Positions 41,463-50,812 of a stretch of DNA of 64,000 bases are shown here, one piece after another. Source of the stretch: Candidatus Actinomarina sp. Lineage in GTDB: Bacteria; Actinomycetota; Acidimicrobiia; Actinomarinales; Actinomarinaceae. Numbering within the stretch: the first letter of the stretch is position 1; each line of letters begins with the position of its first letter. The position numbers were made by a program, and so were the translations under genes. Under the pieces are notes generated by a model. It was not told the DNA's origin, ran no database searches, and saw only the letters and a program-made list of their open reading frames with translations. The DNA lies in contig JAYQSV010000001.1 of NCBI GenBank assembly GCA_038147085.1, forward strand, positions 608,841-672,840, written 5' to 3'.

Positions 41463-42584
41463 CTAGTTATCTGAGATAGTTACTGTACCCTCGTTTGTCA
41501 TTACATGAACCCACTGAGTACTTGGTGGAACATAAATTGGATTTTGATTCTCATCTACAAAATCAAAACTATCAGTTATATCAGATCTTCTCCAAGTGCC
41601 TTTTATAAATTTACCGTCATTAATAACGTATACATCACCTACACCAACAGTTAAAATACTAGGTAGAGTTGTTGCTTTGTCATTATAAAATGGACCTTGA
41701 ATAATTACGATAGTTTCGGTTTTAAGAATATCTGTATATGCACCATCTTGGGTTACGAAATTATGTGCAACAGCTTCTTTTGTGTTTGAATATCCATCAA
41801 TTATAAATCTTGAGTAAGATTCACCATTATTTTTCCAGATAACTGTTGTAAAGTCTGAGTATTTAATCGTTATTCTTTCAGCTCCGTCATTCCAATTTGT
41901 TTGATCTAAACCAAAGGGGTATAAAGGCATTGGTCCAGGCTGTAAGAAATAAAAACCTCTATCATCAATTCTTTGTCTAACTAACTCTGTATCAGCATAA
42001 AGATTATGAGGGGCTTTTCTTGAAGAAATTCTAAACATTGTAGGAGAGGATTGCTCTTCTAAAACTGGAACGCCTAAATCACGAATAGCTGGTATTAATC
42101 CTTCTGTAGCACCTGAAACAACTAATGTTCCACCAAAAGGTCTCACAAGGGTAGGATCAGTAGGTCTTGCTGATCTAATAGGACCTAAGTACGCTGAAGA
42201 TTTATCAAGAAAAAAAGCAAGAAACCTTGTCATACCACCTTCAACTAATACTTCATATACCGCATCAGCTTCTTGTAGTCCAGATTGTGGCCTAGCATTT
42301 AAATTATTATCAATTTTAAAAGCAATTGCTCTCCTTGGACGTTTTAACCATATCTCTGGTGTTAATTCTAAACCTGTGAAAGGCGACATTTTTTCAACAT
42401 CAAATTCATATTTAAAAACATCATTGACTGTTGTAGTTGTTGAATCATTAGTATTTATAGTTGTTTCTGATGATTCTGTAATAGTTGAAGTAACAGTTGA
42501 GTTAGAAGATTCAATTACTTCTTCCGAATTTGAGCCACAACTTACTAATACTAAAATTAAAGCAATAATAGAAAATCTTTTCAT
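41463..42584 (-). CDS. DUF3048 (YerB-like) lipoprotein
   Basis: Lipobox LVSC and a Thr/Ser linker; KIDN..ARPQSGL, VEGGMTR, GPIRSAR and APHNLY. Confidence 0.88.
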   Translation of the reverse strand: MKRFSIIALILVLVSCGSNSEEVIESSNSTVTSTITESSETTINTNDSTTTTVNDVFKYEFDVEKMSPFTGLELTPEIWLKRPRRAIAFKIDNNLNARPQSGLQEADAVYEVLVEGGMTRFLAFFLDKSSAYLGPIRSARPTDPTLVRPFGGTLVVSGATEGLIPAIRDLGVPVLEEQSSPTMFRISSRKAPHNLYADTELVRQRIDDRGFYFLQPGPMPLYPFGLDQTNWNDGAERITIKYSDFTTVIWKNNGESYSRFIIDGYSNTKEAVAHNFVTQDGAYTDILKTETIVIIQGPFYNDKATTLPSILTVGVGDVYVINDGKFIKGTWRRSDITDSFDFVDENQNPIYVPPSTQWVHVMTNEGTVTISDN

Positions 42585-42588
42585 GACT

Positions 42589-44238
42589 TTATACTAGTGT
42601 TGAAAAAATTAATTTCAGTAAGTTTAATTTTGTATTTTCTGCTTGATAGTAAGTTAAGTTCTTAAAAATTTTATGTGATTTTTTATGTGTAACGAACCAT
42701 GGTGGATCTATTAGGCGTGACATTCTAAATTTTGAATATACAACTCCTTTTAGTGGAGATTCAAATAAAAGAGAATTATGTACAAATCCTTGACCACTTT
42801 GTATATTATTATCTTTATTTCCTGGATATCCACCCCAAGGCATTGTAGGTATGATAAATGCTAATGCTGACCATTCATTTATAGCTACAGTACCATAATT
42901 TAATTTGTTTACATATTTATTTAAGTAACTTAAGTTTTTTTCTTTTTTATGGTTTTTAAATAAGACTGATACACCTAAATTACCCCAAACTTCATTGTTA
43001 ACATAACTTATAGCATCATCAACATATTGTGATTTAGAAATATATTCAATATCTTTAAAAAATAGAACTGTGGACCAGGCTTCGTCGTGAGCATATTCCT
43101 TTTCGAGTTCTATGTCAGCAATAAGAAACGGTGTTATACAAGATTCTTCATTTACTTGTGTAAAGTTCTTTTTATTCTTGAGAGTATCTAATTTTTGACT
43201 TGAGCCTGGATAGTAAGAAGTTGTATCACCAATTTTCTTAAGATATTCAACTATATATTTTTTTAGTAAATCTTTTTGTTTCCACTCTTTAGGCAAAACA
43301 ATTATTTGAGCAGCTATGCAATTAAAACCAGAATTATTTAATTTAGCTGTAACTATTTTTTTTGCTTGATGTTTTATCTCAGACGTTGACCATTTATCAG
43401 GATGAACAATAATTGGAGTAACATTTCCTAATTCAGATGTTATTGGAGTTTTATTAACTTTAGATAGAGATTTTAAAGATCTTTCTTTATCGGTTAATAC
43501 TTTTCCATATACGATTTGCTCATAAGTAAAATTTGAACCAGTTAAATGAATTTGGTTAAAACCATTATGGGCTGAAATATACTTAGACCCCTCTAAATTA
43601 GCATTTGTAATAACCATGTAACCTCTACTTATAAATGGTTCAAAAACTTGTTCAAATACTGGTAGAAGATAATCATTAACTGGATTTAGCTTCATATATA
43701 TAACAGATTTGTAAGCAATCATGTGAAATAAAGCATCTAGGAATGGAATAGATGATACATTGCCAGCACCAAGTATTAAAGTTATTTTTGGTTTATTTTC
43801 CTCAAATCTATTACTAAATCCTCTATATTTTTTAATTTTTGGGAAATCAAGGTTTTTTTGAAATATTATTTCACCTTCAAGAAATGGGAATAATAACTTT
43901 TCAATTGATTTTGTTGGAAAAACTTTATAAGAATTATTACTTTTATTAAAATTTTCTTCTTTTAGATTATTTTTATCTGATAAATATTCTATAAAATATT
44001 GAAGTGCAAAAATAGATGCAAAAGGACCACCTATCCACTCTTCTCCTTCCTTTGGTTTATGAGTTATGCCTTTTTTTTCTGTACTTAAGGTGACCCAGTA
44101 GTAAGCGATAGATTTAACATTATTTATTACTTCCTGAAGAAGCAAAATTAGATCTGAATCTGATAGATTTGAAAACTCTTTTGAATGAACTCTTAATTTA
44201 TTAATATTTCTATCTACATCAATTTTTGATGGAATCAT
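42589..44238 (-). CDS. Aldehyde dehydrogenase family protein
   Basis: GAGN, HLTGS, SELGNVTP (catalytic E) and GFNCIA (catalytic C). Confidence 0.88.
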   Translation of the reverse strand: MIPSKIDVDRNINKLRVHSKEFSNLSDSDLILLLQEVINNVKSIAYYWVTLSTEKKGITHKPKEGEEWIGGPFASIFALQYFIEYLSDKNNLKEENFNKSNNSYKVFPTKSIEKLLFPFLEGEIIFQKNLDFPKIKKYRGFSNRFEENKPKITLILGAGNVSSIPFLDALFHMIAYKSVIYMKLNPVNDYLLPVFEQVFEPFISRGYMVITNANLEGSKYISAHNGFNQIHLTGSNFTYEQIVYGKVLTDKERSLKSLSKVNKTPITSELGNVTPIIVHPDKWSTSEIKHQAKKIVTAKLNNSGFNCIAAQIIVLPKEWKQKDLLKKYIVEYLKKIGDTTSYYPGSSQKLDTLKNKKNFTQVNEESCITPFLIADIELEKEYAHDEAWSTVLFFKDIEYISKSQYVDDAISYVNNEVWGNLGVSVLFKNHKKEKNLSYLNKYVNKLNYGTVAINEWSALAFIIPTMPWGGYPGNKDNNIQSGQGFVHNSLLFESPLKGVVYSKFRMSRLIDPPWFVTHKKSHKIFKNLTYYQAENTKLNLLKLIFSTLV

Positions 44239-44247
44239 AGTTTAATT

Positions 44248-45765
44248 TTATTCAGTAATTTCAAGAAGTTCAAAATCTCCCCAGTTAACAGTTAAATGTT
44301 TTGCAGGGATTAATTCATTAGGTCTACCTACTGGTAAATTTTTAGGATATTCCTCAAAGGAAGACTCTGTTTCTTGCAACTCTTGAATTATGGATGACAA
44401 AGTTTCAGCAAGGTCATCCAATGTATCAACTGTTTGTGTTTCTGTTGGCTCAAACATAAGAGCTTCTTCGACAATTAATGGAAAATATATTGTAGGTGAA
44501 TGAAAACCTCTATCTAATAAAGCTTTTCCAACATCATAAGCTTTAATTTTGTGTGTTTTTTTAAGATTTTTTACACTTGCCACAAATTCATGCATGCAAG
44601 GTTCATCATAAGCTAATGGGATTATTTTAGAAACAACAGAACTAAGATATCGAGCATTTAACACAGCATAAGAACCTAAACTATCCAATCCTTCTTTTCC
44701 TAAAAGTTTCATATAAACTAATGCTCTTAATGCAACAAGAAAGTTTCCATGATAACCATGCATTCTACCGATAGAATGTTTTGGTTCATACCATTGAAAC
44801 GTATCGTTACTTTTTATTACTATTGGACCTGGTAAATACTCTTTTAAAAATTCTTTAACAGCAACAGGACCAGATCCAGGACCACCTCCACCGTGTGGTG
44901 TAGCAAATGTCTTGTGTAAATTCGAATGAACTATATCAAAACCCATATCACCAGGTCTACACACCCCTACAATCGCATTTAAATTTGCACCATCGTAATA
45001 AACTAAACCATCTTTATCATGTATAACCTTTGATATCTCAATAATATTTTCTTCAAACAAACCACCAGTATTTGGATTTGTAAGCATTAAACCAGCCGTA
45101 TTTTCATTTACTTTTTCTTTTAAATCTTCAATATTTACCATGCCACGTAAATCTGTTGAAACCTCAACAACTTCAAAACCAGCCATTTTTGCAGATGCTG
45201 GATTGGTTCCATGTGCAGAATCAGGAACGATTATTTGATTTTTATGATTTAAATTATTTTCCTCTAAATATTTTTTTATAATAAGTAATCCAGTTAACTC
45301 TCCTGAAGCACCTGCAGGTGGTTGAAAAGTGGCACAATCCATTCCAGTTATTTCAGTCAAATAACTCTCTAATTCAGCAAGTATTTCTAAATTACCTTGT
45401 GTGAATATAGCTGGTGTTGCTGGGTGTGTGTTTGCATAAGTATTTAAAGAAGCTACAAAATCAGCAAATCTAGGATTGTACTTCATTGTGCATGAACCTA
45501 ATGGATAAAAACCAACATCAACAGCAAAATTTCTATGAGCCAACCTGGAGTAGTGCATGACTAAATCATGTTCTGACACTTCTGGAAGTGTTGGTTTAAT
45601 TGTTGTTAAAGCTGAATTAGTTATCTCTACTTCAGGTACGTCTAATTTAGGAAATCTCGATGCTCTTCTACCAGGTTTAGATAATTGTTTAATTGTAGGC
45701 TCAGCTTTGCCTCCAACTAAAGGCAGTGAGCTAGCATTACCTCCACTATACATTATCAACCTCAA
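44248..45765 (-). CDS. gcvPB: Glycine dehydrogenase subunit 2 (start probably ATG 45753)
   Basis: PLGSCTMKYN, SAHGTNPASA and NLHKTF..PHGGGGPG. Confidence 0.97.
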   Translation of the reverse strand: MRLIMYSGGNASSLPLVGGKAEPTIKQLSKPGRRASRFPKLDVPEVEITNSALTTIKPTLPEVSEHDLVMHYSRLAHRNFAVDVGFYPLGSCTMKYNPRFADFVASLNTYANTHPATPAIFTQGNLEILAELESYLTEITGMDCATFQPPAGASGELTGLLIIKKYLEENNLNHKNQIIVPDSAHGTNPASAKMAGFEVVEVSTDLRGMVNIEDLKEKVNENTAGLMLTNPNTGGLFEENIIEISKVIHDKDGLVYYDGANLNAIVGVCRPGDMGFDIVHSNLHKTFATPHGGGGPGSGPVAVKEFLKEYLPGPIVIKSNDTFQWYEPKHSIGRMHGYHGNFLVALRALVYMKLLGKEGLDSLGSYAVLNARYLSSVVSKIIPLAYDEPCMHEFVASVKNLKKTHKIKAYDVGKALLDRGFHSPTIYFPLIVEEALMFEPTETQTVDTLDDLAETLSSIIQELQETESSFEEYPKNLPVGRPNELIPAKHLTVNWGDFELLEITE

Positions 45766-47056
45766 CTAGACTTTTAACAAAATTATCTATTTCATTTTTT
45801 GTTCTTTTCTCGGTTACTGCAGTCAAAATTTGATTATCAGAATATTTAATACCAGCTAAGAACCCTTTATTACCCATTTTTTCAATTACATTTGATGCTT
45901 CAGATTTTGTATTAATAATAAATTCTCTAAGTGAAGTGGAATCATTTGGAATTGAAAACCCATTTTCTTTTAATATAGTTTTCATATATGCTGCTTTTTG
46001 CATAGCTTGATAGCCAATTTCATACAATCCCTGTGGTCCTAACCAAGATAAATGAATAGTTGAACCAACAGCATTAAGAGTTTGGTTTGTACAAATATTA
46101 GAGGAAGCTTTTTCTCTTCTTATATCCTGTTCCCTTGCTCTTAATGTCATTACATAAGTTTTTGTATTTTTGGCGTCTCTTGATTCACCAATTATTCTTC
46201 CAGGGACTAATCTTGCTAGATCTTTTTTGGTTGCAAACCAACCTACGGTTGGTCCACCAAAACTTAATGGTGAACCCATTGATTGACCTTCAGCTACAAC
46301 AATATCAAAACCCATTGATCCTGGAGTTTTTAAAACACCCATCATCGATGGATCTACATAACAAATAGAAACTAGGCCTTTTTCTTTTGCTTTAGATACT
46401 AAATTAGTTAAATCCTGAGCTGAACCTTCATAATGAGGAAGTGATACTACAAAAGCAGCTTGGCTATCGGAAAATTCATAGTTTTCTGGAAATAAGTAAT
46501 TCTCATCGAGTTCTACAAATTCTATAGGAAATTTATTTTGATCAATTAAAGTTTTAACTACAGTTTTGGTATTTGGATTAAAGCCTGAAGACATAACAAT
46601 AGAATCTTTTTTTGTTTTATTTATAGCTACAGAAATAGCTTCAGCTACTGATGTAGAACCATCATATAGAGATGCGTTGGCTAATTCCATTTCAGTTAAA
46701 TCACAAATTAAAGATTGATACTCAAAAAGTATCTGAAGTATCCCTTGTGAAATTTCAGCTTGATATGGAGTGTAAGAAGTCATAAACTCAGGACGCATAG
46801 TAAGTGTTTTTACTGTATGAGGAAGATAAACATCATAATGACCACCACCTGCAAAGCAGATTAAATCAGATTTATTTTTTGATTCAATATTTTCGAAATA
46901 AGAAATAGCTTCTAGTTCAGATAAACTTGATTCAAGTTCTAGACCATTTTCTAAAAGTAGTTCTTTAGGTAAATGACTAAACAAATCATCTAAAGAATTT
47001 ATAGATAATTCATTAAACATCTTTTTTAAATCTATTTCAGAATGTGGAACAAACAT
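45746..47056 (-). CDS. gcvPA: Glycine dehydrogenase subunit 1
   Basis: YTPYQAEISQG, NASLYDG and REQDIRREKASSNICTNQ. Confidence 0.97.
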   Translation of the reverse strand: MFVPHSEIDLKKMFNELSINSLDDLFSHLPKELLLENGLELESSLSELEAISYFENIESKNKSDLICFAGGGHYDVYLPHTVKTLTMRPEFMTSYTPYQAEISQGILQILFEYQSLICDLTEMELANASLYDGSTSVAEAISVAINKTKKDSIVMSSGFNPNTKTVVKTLIDQNKFPIEFVELDENYLFPENYEFSDSQAAFVVSLPHYEGSAQDLTNLVSKAKEKGLVSICYVDPSMMGVLKTPGSMGFDIVVAEGQSMGSPLSFGGPTVGWFATKKDLARLVPGRIIGESRDAKNTKTYVMTLRAREQDIRREKASSNICTNQTLNAVGSTIHLSWLGPQGLYEIGYQAMQKAAYMKTILKENGFSIPNDSTSLREFIINTKSEASNVIEKMGNKGFLAGIKYSDNQILTAVTEKRTKNEIDNFVKSLVEVDNV

Positions 47057-48078
47057 TAGCTTAAAAACCTTTTATTTATTAAATTTCCTTCTACTAAATT
47101 ACCACGTATATCAAACTCTACTAAATCAGTTGGAGGTTTGGAATCAAATAAAACAAAGCCTATTGGGTGCTCAAGTACTGGTGAAATATTTCCAGATGTT
47201 ACTACCCCATTGACGTCACCAGATTTTGCTACAGTGCCTGTTCTAGGTATTTGTTTACCTTTATATATAAATTTTTTAAGATATTTTCTATCTCCTGTTG
47301 ATATTTGTTGATCTAAGGTCTCTTTTCCTTTGTAATTAGTAGTGTTGGTAACAGTCCATCTTAATCCAGCTTCAACTGGAGAAATATTATCTGTTAGCTC
47401 AAATCCGTATAAAGGTAATGATGCTTCAAGACGTAGAGTGTCTCTAGCACCTAAACCACATGGTTGAATAGATAGATTTTCAAGATAGTTAATAAATTCA
47501 TGAACTTTATTGTTAGGTATCATAAACTCTATTCCATCTTCACCCGTGTAACCAGTTCGAGCATAATAAATATCATCTTTTGAATTGGTATGAAAGTTTT
47601 CTGGAATAGTAAATGAATCTGAAAGTTTATTAATAGAAGTAGGTCCTTGTACTGCGATAAGTGAAGTATCTCCAGTAATATTTTTAAAATTTATAGAATT
47701 ATTATTTAAATGATCCTCAATTTTTTTTGTATTACTTGCATTACAAATAAGAATAAATCTATTTTCAAATTTCCAAAATATTACATCATCTATTGCGTTA
47801 CCGTTATCGTGAGTAAATATTGTATATAAAGCTTTATTGTTTGGTAAAGATATTATCTCTGAACAAATTAAATTACTGATTTCTTCAATTTGTTCATACT
47901 GAAGTTCAATCCTACCCATATGAGATACATCAAAAAAACCTGCATTAGTTCTAACATTCTGATGTTCTTTTAAAGTTCCTTCATATGAAAAAGGCATTGA
48001 CCAACCTGCAAAATTAATAACTTTTGCTCCTTTTGAATTATGATATTCAAAAAGTGATGTGGTTTTTAAATCAGACAT
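47056..48078 (-). CDS. gcvT: Glycine cleavage aminomethyltransferase
   Basis: FAGWSMP, FDVSHMG, RTGYTGEDG.E and GLGARDTLRLEA. Confidence 0.97.
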   Translation of the reverse strand: MSDLKTTSLFEYHNSKGAKVINFAGWSMPFSYEGTLKEHQNVRTNAGFFDVSHMGRIELQYEQIEEISNLICSEIISLPNNKALYTIFTHDNGNAIDDVIFWKFENRFILICNASNTKKIEDHLNNNSINFKNITGDTSLIAVQGPTSINKLSDSFTIPENFHTNSKDDIYYARTGYTGEDGIEFMIPNNKVHEFINYLENLSIQPCGLGARDTLRLEASLPLYGFELTDNISPVEAGLRWTVTNTTNYKGKETLDQQISTGDRKYLKKFIYKGKQIPRTGTVAKSGDVNGVVTSGNISPVLEHPIGFVLFDSKPPTDLVEFDIRGNLVEGNLINKRFLS

Positions 48079-48440
48079 TAAGAAATAAACGACTCATATT
48101 CTGGATAAGACATACCAGTATCGTCTAGTTCTAATATTTCAGCTTTTACCATCCAACCGTCACCAACTGGATCGTTATTAATTATTTCCGGTTCAACATC
48201 TAGTGAGGAGTTAACTTCAATAATTTTGCAATTCATTGGAGCATAGGCTTCTGCAACTGTTTTAGTAGCTTCAACTTCAACCATCGGATCACCCTTTGAA
48301 AATTCTTGGCCAACTTGAGGAAGTGTAATAAAAACAATATCACCAAGTTCTCCTTGAGCAAAATCTGAAATTCCAACTGTTATAACATTTTCTTCGATTT
48401 TGTACCATTCATGAGTTTTAAGATATTTTGTCTCTGACAT
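48078..48440 (-). CDS. gcvH: Glycine cleavage H protein
   Basis: HEW, GISDFAQ.ELGDIVF and VEATKT (lipoyl Lys); AAGGAG SD. Confidence 0.96.
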   Translation of the reverse strand: MSETKYLKTHEWYKIEENVITVGISDFAQGELGDIVFITLPQVGQEFSKGDPMVEVEATKTVAEAYAPMNCKIIEVNSSLDVEPEIINNDPVGDGWMVKAEILELDDTGMSYPEYESFIS

Positions 48441-48448
48441 ATTTCTCC

Positions 48449-49159
48449 TTATCTAGTTTTTACGGTAGATAAACCACCATCTACATGTATGGTTTGACCA
48501 GTTACCCACTTTGAGTCATCACTCAACAACCATTTTACAACAGGAAGTATATCATTTACGTCACCAATTTTGTTAATAGGATGCATGTTTTTAGATATTT
48601 CAATAGCAGTATCACTACTTAATATTTTTTGAGACATATTTGATTGCATTATGCTTGGAGCGATAGCGTTTATACGTAAATTGTCTTTTGCATAAGTAGA
48701 AGCAGATGATCGTACGAAACCCTCTATCCCTGCTTTAGCAGCAGATATAGCTTCGTGATTAGCCAATCCTTTAGAAGCAGCAACAGAAGAAAAAAAGATA
48801 GCCGATCCATTTTTCATTCTTCTTGAAAAACTAGCTAAAAGATAATATGAAGAAAATAAATTAGTTTTTATCACATCATCAAATTCTTCAATTGAAGTTC
48901 CATGAAGTGGTTTTAATAATATCGATCCAATACAATTTATTAAACCTTTTATTTCTACATCTGTTGATAAATTCTCTGAAAATTGTTTAGGTTCAACAAC
49001 ATTATTCAAATCTAGAAGTGTGTAATTACAATTAAGATCAGCTGCTTGATTTTTAAGTTTTTCTTCATCTCTTCCAATTAAATGAATTGCATTATCTTTA
49101 GCTAATTCACTTGCTATAGCACTTCCTGTTGTTCCTGTAGAACCTGCAATTATGTACAT
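48449..49159 (-). CDS. Short-chain dehydrogenase/reductase
   Basis: AGSTGTTG, RINAIAP and VTGQTIHVDGG. The catalytic YxxxK appears as IxxxK (ISAAK). Confidence 0.9.
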   Translation of the reverse strand: MYIIAGSTGTTGSAIASELAKDNAIHLIGRDEEKLKNQAADLNCNYTLLDLNNVVEPKQFSENLSTDVEIKGLINCIGSILLKPLHGTSIEEFDDVIKTNLFSSYYLLASFSRRMKNGSAIFFSSVAASKGLANHEAISAAKAGIEGFVRSSASTYAKDNLRINAIAPSIMQSNMSQKILSSDTAIEISKNMHPINKIGDVNDILPVVKWLLSDDSKWVTGQTIHVDGGLSTVKTR

Positions 49160-49182
49160 GTATTAATTGTAAAATTATAAAT

Positions 49183-50451
49183 TTAAATAGATAAATTATT
49201 AGTACGAGAAATTTCACCAAACCAAGAAGCTGATTTATGTGGTTTTCTCTCAAAATTATTTTTATCTATTTCAACTAGACCAAAGTTCATATTGTATCCA
49301 AGATCCCACTCAAAATTATCTAGTAATGACCAGTAGAGATACCCAATAATTTTTCCATGTTCTTCGTTATATGCATGAACATCTGAAAGAACCTCTTTAA
49401 CAAATTCTATTCTTTCTTCGTCATCATCTGTGGCAATACCATTTTCTGTTACAAAAATATCTTTATCAGGATACAAACTATGTATTCGATGAAAATTATA
49501 TTTAACTGCTTGAGGTCGATATTCGTAACCCATTTTAGTTGTTCGCACACCTGGTGTTACATAATCATTCCTTCCAGAGAAATAATCTAAAAATTTAGGC
49601 AGTAAGTTGTTTCTTAAAAGTGGAATCTTTATGAGCATCCAAGATATTCCTCTAAAAAATGGATTAGGACTTGCTTGTTTAATTGAATAAGTTTGTAAAG
49701 CAATATAATCATCATCTTTTGATGCAAACAAAAATTTATCTTCAAGGTGATATCGTATATATTTTTTTAGAACACTCTGCTCACTGTCATTCCACTCATG
49801 TAATGCATGAGTCATAGCTACTTTTGCATTGGAGTTATGTGACTTAATTATCTTCATTGACTCTTGATGGGCTTTAATAATATTGTCGGAAGCTTTTATG
49901 AATATTTTTTCATTTTGTATTCCTGGTGGAAATTTTTGATTTGAAAAATAACCAAACATTGAAAAAATTCCAGGTTCGTTTATTGTATTGAAATAAGTTA
50001 TTTCTTGTGGTAATTCTTGCATCATTTTATCAACGTAAGCAGTAAACCAACTAACTATATTGTTTGATGCCCATACTCCTTCTGACATTGTCCATTCTGG
50101 AGAGGTAAAGTGATGAAACGTAACAATTGGCGTTATATTATTTTGAATTAATTTTTTTGCTTTGTTGACGTAATGATTAATGGCATCATTATCAAATTCA
50201 CCTTTTTTAGGTTCGACTCTACTCCACTCTATTGAAAATCTAAAAGCCTTTATACCAAGAGTTTTAAGTAGCTCAATATCTTCATCTAAAAGTTGGAAAT
50301 GGTTGCAGGCTTCATTACATGGCTCAGCGCAAATTGTAGATTTTTTATTTTCCCAGTGTGTCCAGTCATTATTATAAATTCCACCTTCTACTTGATATGA
50401 AGCTACTGCTGTTCCAAAAATAAATTCTTTAGGAAACTGTTTATTTGTCAT
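49183..50451 (-). CDS. Glycoside hydrolase family 1 (beta-glycosidase)
   Basis: FIFGTA..SYQVEG, RFSIEWSR, TINEP, VTENG and WSLLDNFEW. Confidence 0.95.
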   Translation of the reverse strand: MTNKQFPKEFIFGTAVASYQVEGGIYNNDWTHWENKKSTICAEPCNEACNHFQLLDEDIELLKTLGIKAFRFSIEWSRVEPKKGEFDNDAINHYVNKAKKLIQNNITPIVTFHHFTSPEWTMSEGVWASNNIVSWFTAYVDKMMQELPQEITYFNTINEPGIFSMFGYFSNQKFPPGIQNEKIFIKASDNIIKAHQESMKIIKSHNSNAKVAMTHALHEWNDSEQSVLKKYIRYHLEDKFLFASKDDDYIALQTYSIKQASPNPFFRGISWMLIKIPLLRNNLLPKFLDYFSGRNDYVTPGVRTTKMGYEYRPQAVKYNFHRIHSLYPDKDIFVTENGIATDDDEERIEFVKEVLSDVHAYNEEHGKIIGYLYWSLLDNFEWDLGYNMNFGLVEIDKNNFERKPHKSASWFGEISRTNNLSI

Positions 50452-50812
50452 ATCTATAAATTACATAAGTTAGCCAGATATATCCGATTTGTATAAAAAA
50501 TCTTATTAAATGTTGTGTATTTGTAAAAACAGTCTTTCCGTAAGGTAATTTATTTATCCAGACATATAAGTTAGCTCCATATATTGCAATGAGAAATAGG
50601 ATCATAATTATTGCAGCTTCTTTTCTCCATTTTGTTAAAAAAAACAGTGGAATAATTACCTCTAAGATCCCAGTAAATTGATGAACTAAACGTGGATATG
50701 GAATAAATGTTGGAACCATAGAATCATAAAATGTTGGATTATAAAAATGATTCAATCCAGCTATAACAAAAAATATTATATAAAGATAAATTAAGATTTT
50801 GACTATGTCCAT
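50441..50812 (-). CDS. DoxX-like small membrane protein
   Basis: AGLNHF..P.FY..MVP, TGILE and ANLY. Confidence 0.75.
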   Translation of the reverse strand: MDIVKILIYLYIIFFVIAGLNHFYNPTFYDSMVPTFIPYPRLVHQFTGILEVIIPLFFLTKWRKEAAIIMILFLIAIYGANLYVWINKLPYGKTVFTNTQHLIRFFIQIGYIWLTYVIYRYDK

